From the NCBI GenBank assembly GCA_963789615.1, contig CAWBLI010000001.1, forward strand, positions 308,685 through 372,684: a stretch of 64,000 bases of DNA, in the 5' to 3' direction. Positions 60,931 through 64,000 of this stretch are shown here, in pieces. Position 1 is the first letter of the stretch. Each line of letters opens with the position of its first letter. The notes under the pieces are model-generated. The model worked only from the letters and a program-made list of their open reading frames with translations. It was not told the origin of the DNA and made no database searches. A program made the translations under genes and the position numbers. The DNA comes from an uncultured Actinomycetota bacterium (lineage in GTDB: Bacteria; Actinomycetota; Actinomycetes; JAFAQI01).

Positions 60931-62585
60931 GTGAACACGAACTCGAAGCGGCGGAGAACACGGATCGGCTGGCGTTCGGCCGCCGGACTGCTAGCCGGGA
61001 TCATCATTCTCGGCACTGTCGCGGCCACCGCGAGTACGGCGGGCGCCAGCGCCACGGTTGTCAAAGGGGGCGCTTCAACGACAGCCACCTCAGCTCGGCC
61101 GGTTGTGAGGACGACCGACGGCGCGGTGCGTGGCACGGTCGCGGGAGCGGTGCATGACTACCTCGGCATCCCATACGCCGCACCCCCGGTCGGCCGGCTG
61201 CGTTGGCGCGCCCCGCACAAGCCGCTAACTGGAACGGTGTACGGGAGGCGACCGCTTCGGCCCGAACTGCGCCCAGCCGGTCGCCATTCGGGATCGCCAG
61301 CACCTCCGAGAACTGCCTCTATCTCAACGTCTACACGGCCAACACCCAGCCGCGCAAAGGCCAGCCCCGTGATGGTGTGGATTCACGGCGGTGGCTCTGG
61401 CCTTGGGTGAGAGCCAGGACTACGACCCGACCGCGCTCGCCGCGGCCGGCACGGTCGTGGTCACGATCAACTACCGCCTCGGCGCGCTCGGATTCCTCGC
61501 CCACCCGGCTCTGGCCGACAGCTCCGGCGCGGCCGGCGACTACGGGTTCATGGACCAGCAGGCCGCACTGCGCTGGGTGCAACCAACATCCGCCAGTTCG
61601 GCGGCGACGCCCACGACGTCACAATCGCCGGCCAGTCGGCCGGGGCCTGTCCGTCCTCGCCCAGGTCGCCTCCCCAAGCGCCCGCGGCTTGTTCTCCCGC
61701 GCGATCGTCGAGAGCGGCGATTTCTCCCTGAACCAGACGCCGTTGGCCACCGCCGAGAAAGCCGGCGAAGCCTTCGCCACCGACGTCGGCTGCGCGAGCC
61801 AGACCGCGGCCTGCCTGCGCAACGTGCCGGTCGACAACTCGTCAGCAGAGCGGAATCTCGCCACTCCCCGGAGATGGTCGACGGCAAGGTGCTCAAGCGG
61901 TCGATCGGTCAGGCACTGTCCAGCGGACAGTTCAGCCACGTACCCATCCTCAACGGCACCAACCACGACGAGGAACGACTGTTCGTCGAGATTGGAGCCA
62001 CGTCAGCGGCGGACTCCTGGCCGGCTTGCCCGGCGGCCCGTCACCGCAGCGAACTACCAGGACGGAATCGCGCAGGCGCTGAATGTCTCCGCGGCTAACG
62101 CGGGAAGTGATCGCGAAGCACTACCCGCTCAGCGCCTACCCCAGCCCGTCGGTGGCGTTCGCGCACTCGACACCGACGCGAACTTCTCGTGCCCGGCGCT
62201 GACAGTCGATAAGTGCGACAGCGAAGTATCGTCCCGACCTACGCCTACGAGTTCAACGACGAGAACGCGCCGGAGCGGTTCATCGCGACCCGCTGATTCC
62301 ACCGGTACGGAGCGCGCACATCATCCGAGACCCAGTACCTGTTCGACCTGCCGACCGCAGGCTTCCCGGGGAGCCTCAATGCACAGCAGCGGAAGCTGGC
62401 GGCCAGCATGAAGCGGACTGGACGAACTTCGCGGCCGACGGTGTCCCGTTCGCGCCGGCCGGCGGCCGTGGCCGATGTTCACCAGCCACAGCCAGCGGAT
62501 GCTGTCGCTGGTGGCGCCACGGCCGCACTCGAGACGCAACTTCGCCGCGAGCCACCAGTGCGGGCTCTGGGCCGCGAACGGCTAG
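60931..62585 (+). pseudogene. Secreted carboxylesterase/lipase type B; at least 10 frame changes
   Basis: GTG 60931 after GAGGAG, followed by a signal/TM segment. Family motifs are all present but rotate through all three frames: [90 protein letters not shown] (nucleophile), [20 protein letters not shown], ...SHQCGLWAANG*. Confidence 0.85.
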
Positions 62586-62608
62586 CCCGGCGGGACCGAG
62601 AGCAACGC

Positions 62609-62649
62609 GAACGGGCGGCGCCGGCCAACTGGGCCGGCGTCGTCCGTTC
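62609..62649. terminator. Strong hairpin between convergent genes (bidirectional terminator candidate)
   Basis: GAACGGGCGGCGCCGGCC (62609..62626), loop AACTG, GGCCGGCGTCGTCCGTTC (62632..62649). This is an 18-bp stem with two G-T wobbles. No U-tract. It lies between the carboxylesterase stop (62585) and the LuxR stop (62664). Confidence 0.5.
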
Positions 62650-62663
62650 GTCAACGTCCGCAG

Positions 62664-64000
62664 CTACGCCGACATCTCGTCCGCGAACAGGCCCCGCAGC
62701 TGACTGCGGGCAGTAATGCCCAGCTTGGGGAAGATGCGATAAAGGTGCGACTGGACGGTCCGCGGTGACAGGTAGAGCCGCTGCCCGATGGTCCGGTTGG
62801 TATCCCCGGCGGCCGCCATCTGAGCGATCTGGAGCTCCTGGGGCGTCAGCTTCGCCCAGGCGTCCGGTGTCCGCGGGGTATGTCGAATCCCGCTGGCGCG
62901 CAGCTCCTGACGAGCGCTGTTCGCAAGCTCCGGGAACGCCAGTGCGTCGAAGCCATCCGACGCCGCCTGTAAGACGGTCCGCGACTCCGCCACTCGTCGC
63001 TGACGGCGAAGCCATCGGCCGTGCCAGAGCAGCATCCGTCCGCGGTAGCACGGCCAGTTGGCCAGATCGTCCCCGAGCGCCCGCTCGTACAGTGCCTGAG
63101 CCGCGTCGTCTGGTGCTGCCAACGGGCGCGCATAGCCGGCCGTCGCGAGGAGCAGCGACCCCGACGTTCGTTCCGCCAGACTCTCCAGCTGCGCCAGATA
63201 CGCCTGCGCTTCGTTGTCTCGTCCCAGATGGGCGGCGGCTTCCACCAGGTCCGACAGTCCCCACGCTCCGATGACCGGGTGGTAGGCGGGATCGGCTGGG
63301 TCGAGCGTCCGCCGCAGTTGCTCGAGCCCTTCGGCATAGTGCTGGTGCGCGACCGCCCCACGCCCACGGACGAACTGGACCAATGCCAACATCGGAGTGG
63401 CCCCCATCGGGATGAGGACAGCTTCGGCGTCGCGGGCCAGGCTCTCGGCAACGCTGAAGTCACCTCGTTCGGCGGCGATTGTCGCCTTCGCGAGCTGCGC
63501 GGCGATCGCCCATTCGCGCTGGCCGGTCTCCCGGGTCAGTGCGAACCCCTCCTCAGCCGCGGTCACCGCCAGGGGCTCCCTCGCCAGGTGCACCGCCGCC
63601 CATGCCTGAGCGACCAACGCTCGGGCCAGCAGCCCGATCCGTCCTCGCGCGCGTAGCCCCTCGACCGCGGCGGTCAAGAACGGGAGTGCCAGGTCGTATG
63701 CCCACACCGCACTGGCTGCCGAGCCGATCAGGTACATCGCGGCCGGGTCTGTGACGTCAGGCGTCATTCACCGTGATCAGCTCGATCACGGTGCGCGCGT
63801 AGACCACCGGATCCGCCTGGGCGTGGATCGCCAGCATCACCGGGCAGGTGGCCGGCACAGACAGGAGGTCCGCCGCTCGCGCGACCAGATCTCGCGTTTG
63901 CTGATCGGGGGTTTCCCACCAGCAACGGGCCGACGCGGCTTCCAGCGCGTCTAAGGCATGACCCGTCTCACCCGCCGCGTGCAGCCGGCCAGCTATCTCC
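62664..64000 (-). pseudogene. Second LAL/LuxR-family regulator, C-terminal ~440 codons (5' end beyond the right edge); frame break near 63768
   Basis: ORF 62664..63767 has TPR-like repeats and LTPQELQIAQMAAAGDTNRTIGQRLYLSPRTVQSHLYRIFPKLGITARSQL. Upstream, 63768..64000 reads in another frame: EIAGRLHAAGETGHALDALEAASARCWWETPDQQTRDLVARAADLLSV...VIELITVNDA*. Confidence 0.75.

Overview
High-GC (about 70% by eye) actinobacterial chromosome segment. All calls rest on reading the six-frame translations and the DNA by eye; no searches were run.

Left and centre (1-42 kb) are core genome.
- Pup-proteasome system: a pafB/C-like fragment, pafA, then prcA-prcB-[endonuclease VII-like gene]-pup-dop-mpa on the minus strand, and a PAC2 gene further right.
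- Neighbours typical of Actinobacteria: trmI, an M50 protease, a RecB-like nuclease, prolyl oligopeptidase, mshC, the uncharacterised SCO1664/DUF3090/phosphomutase/LLM cassette, an aldo-keto reductase, a RecD-like helicase, an M20 peptidase and a lytic transglycosylase.

tRNA-Leu(GAG) at 42212-42299 marks the start of a lower-GC accessory region.
- An integrative, mobilisable element carries a Fic gene, a tyrosine integrase, an excisionase, a MobF relaxase-helicase and a Zn-ribbon gene.
- It is followed by a 156-nt tract with no C at all, a NERD gene, then EthD, amidase, two LuxR (LAL) regulators, an MFS transporter, a disulfide oxidoreductase, VOC, DUF1330 and a carboxylesterase.

Most notable observations:
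1. An endonuclease VII-family gene sits between pup and prcB, and this gene plus pup are compositionally foreign.
2. The C-free, G-run tract at 49039-49194.
3. A nested-palindrome 31-bp repeat lies inside the DUF3090/SCO1664 operon.
4. A Fic protein has an altered inhibitory motif and an unknown C-terminal half.
5. About one third of recognisable genes are frame-disrupted, in strongly clustered fashion. The pattern looks more like indel artefacts or very recent indel mutation than old pseudogenes. Every pseudogene label below should be read with that caveat.
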